Shown here: positions 39,857 through 49,249 of the stretch, piece after piece
How positions within the stretch are numbered: the first letter of the stretch is position 1
How the letters are laid out: every line of letters begins with the position of its first letter
Assembly: GCA_965203555.1 (NCBI GenBank)
Contig: CBDBCY010000004.1
Location: 2,624,001 to 2,688,000, forward strand
Length of the DNA: 64,000 nucleotides
Direction of reading: 5' to 3'
From: Acidimicrobiia bacterium
GTDB taxonomy: Bacteria > Actinomycetota > Acidimicrobiia > Spongiisociales > ZC4RG35
Notes under the pieces: generated by a model
Databases searched by the model: none
What the model was told of the DNA's origin: nothing
The model's input: the letters and a program-made list of their open reading frames with translations, nothing else
Program-made: the position numbers and the translations under genes

Positions 39857-40898
39857 GCGTACCGGAGTTCGGATCGGACGAGATCTGCATGAGTTCCTTG
39901 AGACGGTCGATCAACTTCACTGTCATGGGATCGGCGCCTGAGCGTCGGGCCAGTTCCCAGGAAAAGAGATCCCCCATGGACACCAGGCTGATCAGCCGCG
40001 CCAGTGGTGATATTCCTTGGGTCCAAACCCCTCCCACCCAGGTGACCCGGTCGGCGGTGAGTCTCTCCAGTAGTTCGAATCCACGGGATACGCCGGGATG
40101 TTCGTCACTGTCTCGCAGTGCGATGATGCCCACCCGCCGGCGCGCCAGTCCCTGGGGAAGATCCCAACCGACTATCTCGTTGTGAGTGGCCTCCGGCAGG
40201 ACTCCGATAAAGGCGGACCGCTTGGCGTTTTCGTTGGTCTGCGTCTTCCATCGGTAGGCGGCCACCCGGGTGAGCGGCGCAGACCCGTAGATACCCACCA
40301 TCCTGCCTCCCATGGCTGCCGCCAACTCCGAGGCAAGACCCATACCCTCCCCCTTGGGACCGGAAAGGCTGTCGGCTATCTGTGCGGCTTCTTCAAGAGC
40401 AGGTGTGCAGTCCTCGATGATCCCGGCCTGGTCGGCCACTCTCAGCAGCGCCGACAGTCCGAATCCCAGGGCTGACCGGGGCTGGTACCCCCCTGGTATC
40501 AACACCAGTTGATGCCCGGCCAGCGCGGCTCGTTCCGCCAACTCGCCTCCGGAGGTGATGGCAGTCACCCACAGCCCCAGGTCCCGGGCCGACTTCCAGG
40601 CGGAAAGCGTTTCGGCCGTGTTTCCCGAGTAGGAGACCACCACCACCGAGGGCCGCAGGTTGGCCGCCCACCGGGGCAGTCCGTAGTTCTTGTGAACCGT
40701 GGTGCGCCAGCCCTCGGCGGCCGCCACAGCCTGCAGGAAGTCTCCGCTGATACCCGATCCCCCCATTCCGCACACCAGGAGTTCTCTTTCCTTCGTCTTG
40801 ACCGGCTCCAGCGCCAGGTCTGCACCCCAGCGCAACTGGGCGCCCAGGGCGGTCATCTGGAATCTCATCTCCGCCAGCCGGGAGTGGCTTTTAGTCAT
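39846..40898 (-). CDS. Bifunctional phosphoglucose/phosphomannose isomerase (SIS)
   Basis: GMGGSGISG, SYSGNTAET, QPRSA, RWKTQ.NENAK and PE..HNEI motifs. Confidence 0.9.
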   Translation of the reverse strand: MTKSHSRLAEMRFQMTALGAQLRWGADLALEPVKTKERELLVCGMGGSGISGDFLQAVAAAEGWRTTVHKNYGLPRWAANLRPSVVVVSYSGNTAETLSAWKSARDLGLWVTAITSGGELAERAALAGHQLVLIPGGYQPRSALGFGLSALLRVADQAGIIEDCTPALEEAAQIADSLSGPKGEGMGLASELAAAMGGRMVGIYGSAPLTRVAAYRWKTQTNENAKRSAFIGVLPEATHNEIVGWDLPQGLARRRVGIIALRDSDEHPGVSRGFELLERLTADRVTWVGGVWTQGISPLARLISLVSMGDLFSWELARRSGADPMTVKLIDRLKELMQISSDPNSGTHAF

Positions 40899-41055
40899 CT
40901 ACCACTGTCATTATGGGAACGCCGTCGGCATTTATCAAGTAGGACCGTTCGCAACGGTCGCAGAGGAGCGTGGTTTCCTGCTCGACCAGGAGCAGTTTCT
41001 CCTTGCACACCGGGCATGCCAGGATGGCCGGCAGTTGCGGATCGATGAGGCCCAT
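40891..41055 (-). CDS. Trm112/YcaR family small protein (absent from ORF track)
   Basis: Manual translation MGLIDPQLPAILACPVCKEKLLLVEQETTLLCDRCERSYLINADGVPIMTVVDD*; abuts manB stop. Confidence 0.85.
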   Translation of the reverse strand: MGLIDPQLPAILACPVCKEKLLLVEQETTLLCDRCERSYLINADGVPIMTVVDD

Positions 41056-42429
41056 TCAGGGCTGGACCAGGCTGCGCACCTGGGAAACCAACCGGTCCAC
41101 CGCAGGTTGGTCGGGTCCCTCCACGTTCAGCCGGAGGAAGGGCTCGGTGTTGGAGGGGCGCAGGTTGAACCACCGGTCGGGCCAGGAGACGGTCAGGCCG
41201 TCCAGCCGGTCCTGTTCGACCGATGAAAACGCCTCCGCAACCTTGGCCAGGGACCCGGAGCGGTTCGCTACCGCCAGATTGATCTCACCCGAGGCATGGT
41301 AGGGCGCCACATCGCTGTGCAGTTGCGACAGGGGTCGTTTCTGCTCGGAGAGAATGCGCAGCAGGGCCAGGGTGGCCAACATGCCCGAGTCTGCCCGGTA
41401 ATGGGCGGCGAAATAGTAGTGCCCGGAATGTTCTCCGCCGAACAAAGCTCCGGTCTCGGCCATCATCTGCTTCATAAAGGAATGTCCCACCCGAGACCGG
41501 ACGGGGACGCCCCCGCCGGCGATGATGGCTTCGGGAACCGACCGGGAACAGATCAGATTATGGACCACCTTGGCGCCCGGTTGGGAGGCGAGGAAGGAGC
41601 GGGCGATCAAGGTGGTGACCGCGCTTCCCGACATCGGTGCTCCCCGGTCATCGACGAAAAAAGCCCGGTCCGCGTCTCCATCGAAAGCCACTCCCAGGTC
41701 GGCGCCCACCGCTCGGACCTCTTTGACCAGGTCGGTGAGGTTGGCGGGATCTATGGGGTCGGGCGGATGGTTGGGGAAAGTCCCGTCGGGAGTTAGATAC
41801 AGTCCCGTCACTGTGACCGGCAGGCGGGAAAACACCGGTCCCACCACGGTGGCGGCCATGCCGTTCCCGCCGTCCACCACCACCCGCAGGGGGCCTATCT
41901 GGTCGGGACTCACGACGGAGAGCACATGGTCCACATACCCTTCGGTGACGTCGCAGACCGAAACCCGGCCGTGGTTGGCGGAGGCGCCCGGATCGGTCAT
42001 GGCCAGGCGGCGGATCTCGCCCAGCCCCGAGTCGGCCCCGACCGGGGATGCGCCCGGCAGGCACAGCTTGATTCCGTTCCATTGCGGCGGATTGTGGGAG
42101 GCGGTCACCATTGCTCCGGCCACCGACCGGGCCCCGGACACGTAGTAGAGCACCTCGGTGGCTACTTCTCCCAGGTCCAGAACGTCTACGCCGGCCGAGG
42201 TGACGCCTCCGATGAAGGCGCCGGCCAAACCGGGTGAACTGCTTCGGCAATCACGTCCGACCGCCACCGCATCGCCACCGGCGAACCGGGCGAACGCCGC
42301 GCCGATCCGGCGGGCGTGATCGGGAGTGAAGTCACCGGCCGCGACATCTCCCCTGATGTCGTAGGCCTTGAACAGCCCTTCTATCTCCTTGCTCCTTCCC
42401 TGTTGGTCTTCGAGGTGGCGGTTGCCCAT
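41056..42429 (-). CDS. manB: Phosphomannomutase/phosphoglucomutase
   Basis: FKAYDIRG, TASHNP, FDGDADR, GEHSGH and RPSNTEP motifs; start uncertain. Confidence 0.92.
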   Translation of the reverse strand: MGNRHLEDQQGRSKEIEGLFKAYDIRGDVAAGDFTPDHARRIGAAFARFAGGDAVAVGRDCRSSSPGLAGAFIGGVTSAGVDVLDLGEVATEVLYYVSGARSVAGAMVTASHNPPQWNGIKLCLPGASPVGADSGLGEIRRLAMTDPGASANHGRVSVCDVTEGYVDHVLSVVSPDQIGPLRVVVDGGNGMAATVVGPVFSRLPVTVTGLYLTPDGTFPNHPPDPIDPANLTDLVKEVRAVGADLGVAFDGDADRAFFVDDRGAPMSGSAVTTLIARSFLASQPGAKVVHNLICSRSVPEAIIAGGGVPVRSRVGHSFMKQMMAETGALFGGEHSGHYYFAAHYRADSGMLATLALLRILSEQKRPLSQLHSDVAPYHASGEINLAVANRSGSLAKVAEAFSSVEQDRLDGLTVSWPDRWFNLRPSNTEPFLRLNVEGPDQPAVDRLVSQVRSLVQP

Positions 42430-44714
42430 CCCGCCAGTCGCTTTCTTGCCCGGGGAACGCCCAGGACAGCCAGCCCGGCCAGCGTCAGAGCCCAACCCAG
42501 CCACTCGGCCCAGGTGTTCTGAAACTCCAGCACTACCTGTTTTTGGGTCGGGATCACCAGCATCAGGGACGGAGCGGCCAGATAGGGTCCTTCGGCGCCG
42601 GTGGCGTTCCAATTGGGGAAGTAGGAGACCTTGACCAGATGGGGAACTCCCACAGCCTCGGTTTCGAAGGAGATCCGGTGATCCTCCACCACAATGTTGC
42701 TGACCGACCCCATTCGTTCGGGGAGGATCACAGGCCGTAGCAGGGAGGGATCGGAGACGGACGCCCAGCCGTATTCGGGAGGGGCCTCCTCCACCACCCA
42801 CAGATCGGCGTTGTTCAGGGTCTCGAACCAGGCCAGGGAGAAATTGAAGAAGTCCGGTTCCCCATCCGGGCTCTCTTCGAAGACCGATGGCTGGAATCGG
42901 GCTATCTCCACCAGCCGGGTCGGTGGCGCCTCGTATATGTGAAAGGGTCCGGCCACCCCCACCTCCCGCAGTTCAGGGTATTTGGCGGCCTCCTCGGTGG
43001 CCTCCGGTGTGAAGGAGATGTAGTAGCGCACGCCGAACATGTCGAGATGTCGCAGTCCCCGGTCCATGGCGAGATTGTGATATCGCAGCCCCGGCACCGG
43101 ATTGGAGCCCTGCTTGCTCATCTCCGAAATGGTGATGAAGATAAAAGGCATACTCATCGAGGACTCAAAGAACAGTCCCTCCATGGAGGGATGACTCCAC
43201 TCCGACCAGTAGGGGATGAGCATGGGAGCCATGGGAGTCCCGTACTGGTCTATATCCCGGTTGTTCTCCCACAGCACCCGTCCCGGTTCCAGCCCAGCCA
43301 CCAGGGTGTTCATGTCGCGGTATTCGGTCCAGCCCGCCTTGGCCTCGTAGCCGGAGTAGTTCCACCTCGACCAGCCGGCCAGGTAGGAGACCCCGGCCAG
43401 CGACCCCGCTCCCACCCCCACCGCCAATACGGCCGCCACCAGGCTTTTCACCGGAATAATCTGCTGGCGGATATACAGCACTGTCACCACTGCGATCGCT
43501 ACCAGCACCGTCCCGAACACGATCGGCCACCTGCCTCTCGAATCGGTGGCGGGAATCAGTATGCCGGCCACCAACGCCACCGAAGCCACGGTGGTGATGG
43601 CTGCGGCCGCGGGAGAGGCGGACCGGGGCAGGCGCCGGGCGAGCACTACCACCAGGGCGCCCACCGCCACCATGGCGAAGAACACCACCCCGAAGTACCA
43701 GTAGGGAAGAAGCCGCCCGTTGTAGAGCTTCCACCGGTCGTCCAGGAACAATTCCGGGAACTGGCGAGTGAGTCTTATCGGCAGGGGAAAGTAGACAATG
43801 GGCGCCGCTGTGGCTATCAGCAGGGGAACGATCTTCCAGACCTCGCCGGTTCGCCGGGCGCGCCGCAGCGCCCAGACCAGGCCGATCAGAGCCAGTGGAA
43901 GCAGTACCCAGATCTCGGTGGGAAAGAATTCCCGCCACTTGGTGAGAGGGCTCCAGGCCAGATCGGAGCTGTATCCCAGGTTGGCGAGGAACGGAACCGA
44001 CCAAAAGCCCGTCAGCGCAAAAGCCCAGGCCGAGACAACTATCAGAGGGCGGCGGCCTCTTTTGATAGTCAGGAAGGCCACAGTGCCCAATACCAACACC
44101 AGGGTGGTCAGCAGGTGGCACAGGACAGTGATACAGAACACCGCGGCCGTTCTGGGGAGAAGCCGGGATTCGCCGTCTATCACCCGGATCAACAGTCCCA
44201 GATAGATGAAGCCCAGACTGAAGGACCAGGCGTAGGTGAACTCCCCGGCCAGGGTGGAGGCTACGTTCCCCCCGTAGATGGTGAAGCTTTCCATCAGGGC
44301 GTAGACGGTTCCGCCTGCGGCGGCCACCAGGGCTACCAGACGCTGGAACCCCAGGGCCTTGGACAGGAAGTAAACCGCTGGGGGCAGCAGAAGCAAACCT
44401 CCCACGGTGACCAGCTTGAAGGCCACCCCGTAGGGCAGCACCAGATCCAGAAGGACGATGACCAGCGAGGGCAGCGGAAAATAGAAGTAGAAGAGAGGGA
44501 AACCCGCGAACCAGGCATTTGACCACCCCAGCAAGCGACCGGAAGGCAACAACACATCCCGCATGGCGGCCGGTCCCAGCACATGAGCGCCCATGTCGCC
44601 GCCGGAGGGAGTGTTGTCCACAAACAACAGGTGAGGGCTGAGCACGGCCAGCACCATGGCGGAAAGGACCGCCAGCACCCAACCCGGGTACCAGTAAACA
44701 GAGAGCCGTCTCAT
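42381..44714 (-). CDS. Large polytopic membrane protein (PTPS-related/YfhO-like, GT-C-type glycosyltransferase candidate)
   Basis: GGDMGAH after TM1, W..GFPLFYFYFP, about 13 TMs, extracytoplasmic C-domain with VSYFPNW. Confidence 0.7.
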   Translation of the reverse strand: MRRLSVYWYPGWVLAVLSAMVLAVLSPHLLFVDNTPSGGDMGAHVLGPAAMRDVLLPSGRLLGWSNAWFAGFPLFYFYFPLPSLVIVLLDLVLPYGVAFKLVTVGGLLLLPPAVYFLSKALGFQRLVALVAAAGGTVYALMESFTIYGGNVASTLAGEFTYAWSFSLGFIYLGLLIRVIDGESRLLPRTAAVFCITVLCHLLTTLVLVLGTVAFLTIKRGRRPLIVVSAWAFALTGFWSVPFLANLGYSSDLAWSPLTKWREFFPTEIWVLLPLALIGLVWALRRARRTGEVWKIVPLLIATAAPIVYFPLPIRLTRQFPELFLDDRWKLYNGRLLPYWYFGVVFFAMVAVGALVVVLARRLPRSASPAAAAITTVASVALVAGILIPATDSRGRWPIVFGTVLVAIAVVTVLYIRQQIIPVKSLVAAVLAVGVGAGSLAGVSYLAGWSRWNYSGYEAKAGWTEYRDMNTLVAGLEPGRVLWENNRDIDQYGTPMAPMLIPYWSEWSHPSMEGLFFESSMSMPFIFITISEMSKQGSNPVPGLRYHNLAMDRGLRHLDMFGVRYYISFTPEATEEAAKYPELREVGVAGPFHIYEAPPTRLVEIARFQPSVFEESPDGEPDFFNFSLAWFETLNNADLWVVEEAPPEYGWASVSDPSLLRPVILPERMGSVSNIVVEDHRISFETEAVGVPHLVKVSYFPNWNATGAEGPYLAAPSLMLVIPTQKQVVLEFQNTWAEWLGWALTLAGLAVLGVPRARKRLAGWATATSKTNREGARR

Positions 44715-44751
44715 CGGGGATGCGGGGGGCGTCGGCCCGGTCCGCCGATTT

Positions 44752-44991
44752 TTAAGCGGCTCCCGACTCCTTGGCGGATTGGAACATCTCGGTGACGTTG
44801 CGACGGTCGAATAGCGTCCATTTTATGGGAGGCGCAAGACGATCGGCGTGTTCCCGACAAAGGGCCGATAGCACATCATGTGGCGCCGAAATGCCTATGT
44901 CCCACAGCCAGACCCGATGGTTCTGGTAATCGATAGCCATCCACGCCGAGGCAACTTTTCCACACCGATAGCAGTTTGGGGCCATAGCCAA
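44752..44991 (-). CDS. DUF3499 family protein
   Basis: CYRC ... LCREHADRLAPPIKW pattern; usual position upstream of manB in actinobacteria. Confidence 0.7.
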   Translation of the reverse strand: MAMAPNCYRCGKVASAWMAIDYQNHRVWLWDIGISAPHDVLSALCREHADRLAPPIKWTLFDRRNVTEMFQSAKESGAA

Positions 44992-45005
44992 CCCACTTTA
45001 AGGCG

Positions 45006-45389
45006 TTACTGCAGGTAAACAAAGGATTTCCAACGCTTCAGCAACCGAACGGAAGGCATCCCCTCCCACACCCGACCCACTCCATCTTCATCCACCGCGG
45101 CGGTGGTCGGGACCCGGTCGATCCCATGGTATGCAAACGGTTGCGGCGACTCCGTCCACTTGATCTCACGGAATCCCTTTGGTCCCAGGACCTCGATCAG
45201 TCGTTCCCGGACGGGATCGCATCCGGGGCACCTGCGGGAGGTGAACAACACGACTCCCGGATCCAGGCCTGCCATGGCGCGGCGCCGGGGACGTCGGCGG
45301 TCCACCGTCCTCGCCACCAAGGCAACCGCCAAAGCAACAACCAGCGCTACGAGGGGAACCAGCCATCCGAGCGTTTCGCTGTCAAACAT
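45006..45389 (-). CDS. Membrane-anchored thioredoxin-like protein
   Basis: N-terminal TM, FTSRRCPGC (CxxC), VPT cis-Pro motif. Confidence 0.7.
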   Translation of the reverse strand: MFDSETLGWLVPLVALVVALAVALVARTVDRRRPRRRAMAGLDPGVVLFTSRRCPGCDPVRERLIEVLGPKGFREIKWTESPQPFAYHGIDRVPTTAAVDEDGVGRVWEGMPSVRLLKRWKSFVYLQ

Positions 45390-46863
45390 CGGTGGTTTCC
45401 GGTTTCCGGGCCGAGGCAAAAATCCTGTCTCGCAGCGTCCTCAACCCCCGGCTCACCGATACCGGGTAAGGCGCGGGTTCGATCAGGTCAAGGTACTCGG
45501 GAGAAAGCCGGGCAATGTCCTCTCGGCGTCTCTTCCGCGCAGCCTCAAGGCTTTCGGGCCCGGCCGGCTTGCCTTCTGCTCCCCACACCTCCTCCATAAG
45601 ATGCTCACAGCTGCCAGGCGCTCCATCGCTTGGTCTCTCGTCCGCCAGGGTGACCAGATCTCCTGCTGCGGCGCCGTCCGGACGGTAGCGGCGCCACAGG
45701 CCCTTGCGTCCGGGGATGGCGCTTTTGGCCAGGTCGTCGGTGAGCTTGAAGGCCGGTCTCCAGTCCCGGTCCTGGCGGATGGCGGCCAATTTGTAAACCC
45801 CGTCGAGGCTGGGAGACCCATGGGAGGTGACCAGTCGGGTCCCTACCCCGTACACCAGCCGACCGATCATCCGATCCGGGTATTCTGAACGTCGCGCCAG
45901 TTCATCGGTTATTCGGGCGATGGCAAGTTCATCCAGCCGGTCCGACAGAACGATGGTCGCATCTTCGAAGCCTGCGCGGTCCAGCATCAGAGCCGCCGCC
46001 AGCGCCAGGGGGGCCGGGTCTCCCGAATCGAGGCGAATCCCGACCGGTCGATGTCCCTTGCGACGCAGCTCTTCAAACACCGTTATGGCATTGGGAACAC
46101 CTGACTCCAAGGTGTCGATGGTATCCACCAAAAGCACGCAGTCGTCGGGATAGATCCGGGCAAAAGCGCGGAAGGCCTCGAGTTCGCTCCCTCCCAGGGC
46201 TATGAAAGCCTGTACCAATGAGTGGGCATGGGTACCCTTTGCCTGTAGCCCGGCCTTGTGGGAGGCGCCGACATTCGACGAGAAGTCCGCTCCACCCACC
46301 AGCGCCGCCTCGGTGGCCAGGTTGGCGCCCATTCCCGCCGAGCGGCGCATCCCGAATTCGAGAACCGTTCCCGATCGCGCCGCCCGCTTGACCCGGGCGG
46401 CCTTGGTGGCGATCAGGGTGGCGAAGTTGCGGTGGTTCAGCAGGGCGGTCTCCAAGAGTTGTCCCAGCACCACAGGTCCCTCCACCACTGTGATAGGGGT
46501 ATGGGGGTGAACTACCCGGCCATCGGGAACAGCCCGGATGCGGAGGCGGCGGAAGTCCCCGTGTTCCTCCAGCCAGTCAAGGAAGTCTTTGCCGAACAGC
46601 GCGGCGCCCGAGCCCGACCGCATCGCGGCGAGGGTGCAGCGTTCCGAGTCGCCGAAGCGGAAGGTCGCCACCCGGTCCAGCAGGGACTCGAGGCCGGCCG
46701 AGACGCAATAACCGGCCCGATGATCTCCGTAGGAGGGGTAGGTACGGAAATAATGTTCGTAACAGGCTCGGTAATCAGCGATCCCGTAGCTGACATAGAC
46801 CTGGGCCATGGTCAATTGATACAGGTCGGTGAACAGAGCACCGCGTTGGAGAGAAGGCGCCAT
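45382..46863 (-). CDS. pncB: Nicotinate phosphoribosyltransferase
   Basis: TDLYQLTM, EFGMRR, GTHAHS, LVDT, GIRLDSGD and GVYKL motifs. Confidence 0.93.
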   Translation of the reverse strand: MAPSLQRGALFTDLYQLTMAQVYVSYGIADYRACYEHYFRTYPSYGDHRAGYCVSAGLESLLDRVATFRFGDSERCTLAAMRSGSGAALFGKDFLDWLEEHGDFRRLRIRAVPDGRVVHPHTPITVVEGPVVLGQLLETALLNHRNFATLIATKAARVKRAARSGTVLEFGMRRSAGMGANLATEAALVGGADFSSNVGASHKAGLQAKGTHAHSLVQAFIALGGSELEAFRAFARIYPDDCVLLVDTIDTLESGVPNAITVFEELRRKGHRPVGIRLDSGDPAPLALAAALMLDRAGFEDATIVLSDRLDELAIARITDELARRSEYPDRMIGRLVYGVGTRLVTSHGSPSLDGVYKLAAIRQDRDWRPAFKLTDDLAKSAIPGRKGLWRRYRPDGAAAGDLVTLADERPSDGAPGSCEHLMEEVWGAEGKPAGPESLEAARKRRREDIARLSPEYLDLIEPAPYPVSVSRGLRTLRDRIFASARKPETTDV

Positions 46864-46992
46864 TTTCTCACAGAGATTACGCACAACCTTGGGGCGCAAC
46901 AGACATCGACCGGCAGAAGGGCGCAGGTCTTTAACGGGCAGTCCAGTGGGTAATGCCCGCGCCCTGGATTTTGGGCCGCTACGGTACTCCCC

Positions 46993-48186
46993 ATGAGCGC
47001 TGTTCTTTCGGTCATCAATGGCCTTGTGTTCAACGGCGTCTCCCTGTCGCCGACCGAGCATCAGGTCCACATGGAGGGAGGGAAGGTGGTCGGCCTCCAC
47101 GGTCCTCCGCCCGATGGCGCCCGGGTCATCGATGCCCGTGGGCGCCTGGTCACACCGGGATTGATAGACGCACACTTTCACGCCTACGGGATCGGCTTCG
47201 AAATGATTGAAGTCGAGCGGCTGCCCATGAGCTATGTCGCCCACAAGGCGGCCCGGCGGCTTGAAGCGGTTCTTCGCCGGGGATTCACCACCGTGCGGGA
47301 TCCGTCGGGGGGCGACATAGGGCTGCGCATGGCCCTTGACCAGGGTCTTATCCCTGGGCCCCGTTACCTGTACACCGGTCCGGCGCTCACCCAGACCGGC
47401 GGTCACGGGGATCCCCGCCCCGAACATCTGCTTGCCGAGCACTCCTGTGGTTACTTGAGCGAGATCGTGGATGGAATCGGGAACCTTCGTAGAGCCGTAC
47501 GAGAGCGTTTCCGTACCGGCGCGCATGCCATAAAGATCTTTACCTCGGGTGGAGTGATGTCTCCCACCGATCCCATCCGGCTGGTGCAATACGACCCCGA
47601 GGAGGTCCGGGCGGTGTGTGCCGAGGCTGCCCGTCGGGAGTCATACGTCGCCGCCCACGCCTACTCGCCGGAAGCCATCGTTCACTCTGTGGCGAACGGT
47701 GTGAGAACCATTGAACACGGGAACCTGCTGGATGCCGATTCCGCCTCCCGCATGGCTGAACACGGCGCTTTCCTGGTGCCCACCCTGATCACCTATGACG
47801 CCATGCGGAGGAGAGGAGATGCTTTGGGGCTGCCGGAGGTGTCGCGTCGGAAGAATCTTGAAGTAATGGAGGCGGGCCTGGCTTCGGTCGAGATTGCCCG
47901 CCGTGCGGGAGTTCCCGTCGGCCTGGGAACCGATTTGATCGCTGACCTGGAGGACGATCAACTCCAGGAGTTTCGCCTCCGTTGCGAGGTGGAGGATGTC
48001 GGGGAGGTTCTGCGGTCTGCCACTTCGGTGAATGCCAAGATAATCCAACGTTCCGATCTGGGAGCGATCCGGGTCGGAGCTACCGCCGACCTCGTGGTTC
48101 TAGCGGGAGACCCGTTCAAAAGGCCCGACGTACTTTGGAATCCGGACCGAACAGTTGTCAAATCGGGAACAGTGGTCCAAACCTGA
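46993..48186 (+). CDS. Amidohydrolase family protein (prolidase-like subgroup)
   Basis: PGLIDAHFH, GFTTVRD, TGGHGD, IKIFTSGG, AHAY, IEHG and GTD motifs. Confidence 0.88.
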   Translation: MSAVLSVINGLVFNGVSLSPTEHQVHMEGGKVVGLHGPPPDGARVIDARGRLVTPGLIDAHFHAYGIGFEMIEVERLPMSYVAHKAARRLEAVLRRGFTTVRDPSGGDIGLRMALDQGLIPGPRYLYTGPALTQTGGHGDPRPEHLLAEHSCGYLSEIVDGIGNLRRAVRERFRTGAHAIKIFTSGGVMSPTDPIRLVQYDPEEVRAVCAEAARRESYVAAHAYSPEAIVHSVANGVRTIEHGNLLDADSASRMAEHGAFLVPTLITYDAMRRRGDALGLPEVSRRKNLEVMEAGLASVEIARRAGVPVGLGTDLIADLEDDQLQEFRLRCEVEDVGEVLRSATSVNAKIIQRSDLGAIRVGATADLVVLAGDPFKRPDVLWNPDRTVVKSGTVVQT

Positions 48187-48306
48187 TCGACGCAATGCGA
48201 TTACCTCTCATCGAAGTGGGATCAGTCAGTTAGGCGTATCCTCCCCTGTTGGCCCTTTACATGACGGAATTTCCATGCTCGGTTCCACCACAGAGGGAAT
48301 AAGGCG

Positions 48307-48345
48307 CTACAGCGTCCAAGTGTCCAGGACAACCGTGAACCCCAA
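48307..48345 (-). pseudogene. 12-codon N-terminal stub of a PIN-domain toxin
   Basis: TTG-start (M)GFTVVLDTWTL-stop, 3 nt after the antitoxin stop; resembles PIN N-termini of the type MxFTVVLDxxVLY. Confidence 0.6.
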
Positions 48346-48348
48346 CTG

Positions 48349-48807
48349 TCACCGCATCTTCTTGGGAGGAAGGGCAGTTCGCTCGTACATACCGCTTTCC
48401 TCGGCGATCTCGACCATGTGATCCAGGGAAGACCGGCGCTCCGTGGAGCGGCGCTGCCGAAATTCAAGCACATCTGTGAGCAATACCCGCCGGTGGCGTC
48501 CGGGTTGTTCGAACTTGATCTCGCCGGACTCCAGCAGTTTGACAAAGGTCGGTCGACTGATGCCGAGCAGATCAGCTGCCTGCTGGGTCGTAAGGCGTTG
48601 GTGGATGGGCGCCACTATCACTGCTTGACCCGCGGCCATCGCTTCGACCACACTGCTTAGCACTTCAAAGACTTCTTGGGGAAGAACAAGGTGAGGTCCT
48701 TCGGGCGGTGAAAGCGTAATCGGTCCCTGATGACGGCGGAATAGGGCCATGAGTTCATCCAAGGGCTCTTCAGGCGGTAAGACCGGACGTTCGCGTAGTG
48801 CAGCCAT
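48349..48807 (-). CDS. Excisionase-like HTH (HTH_17) DNA-binding protein, putative antitoxin
   Basis: LTTQQAADLLGISRPTFVKLLESGEI...GRHRRV; RBS AAGGAG. Confidence 0.85.
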   Translation of the reverse strand: MAALRERPVLPPEEPLDELMALFRRHQGPITLSPPEGPHLVLPQEVFEVLSSVVEAMAAGQAVIVAPIHQRLTTQQAADLLGISRPTFVKLLESGEIKFEQPGRHRRVLLTDVLEFRQRRSTERRSSLDHMVEIAEESGMYERTALPPKKMR

Positions 48808-48853
48808 TTGGTGATGCTCCTTTCGCCGACGCCCATCATAAGATGCAAAACGA

Positions 48854-48873
48854 AAAAAACGTAAGCGTTTTTT
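48854..48873. promoter_or_regulatory. Candidate autoregulatory operator of the HTH_17 gene
   Basis: Perfect IR AAAAAACG-taag-CGTTTTTT plus an adjacent AAAACG copy, about 50 bp upstream of the start. Confidence 0.5.
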
Positions 48874-49249
48874 GTATTCCGCATGGTGCACGAGGGTCGA
48901 AAAAACGCCGAAGTCATCGGCCCGCCCTCCGGGAGTCATTCGAGAAAGCGCCACTGTGGACCTAGTGGCACCAACCGGCAACCCCTTCGACCGGCCGGAA
49001 GCACGGTGGACCTCCCGACGGACCGTGATCCCGTCGGGGAAGGTCGCCTCTACCTGACCTCCGGTATAGCTGCCGCTCGAACCGCCGCGCCCATCCCATC
49101 CACCCTGCTGTATTCTTATTCACAACGACTGATGAATACTGTTGGACCCGCGAGGCGCCATGGACTGTTTACCTGATCGCCTCCACCTTATTCCATCCCT
49201 GCATCGCCGCATCAGGCGGCATCCGGCCATTCGGGTGGGCTGAAATCAG

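Noticed and set aside
39857-39990. SAH riboswitch upstream of ahcY
   Set aside because: ahcY overlaps the upstream coding gene, so there is no leader.
45382-47589. 735-aa extended PncB (and similar long N-extensions of manB, dppC and the DUF2520 gene)
   Set aside because: The extensions overlap other real genes; family motifs start at the downstream starts used.
48349-48807. Excisionase of a prophage or integrative element
   Set aside because: No integrase, att sites or phage genes; the architecture and PIN stub fit a TA antitoxin.
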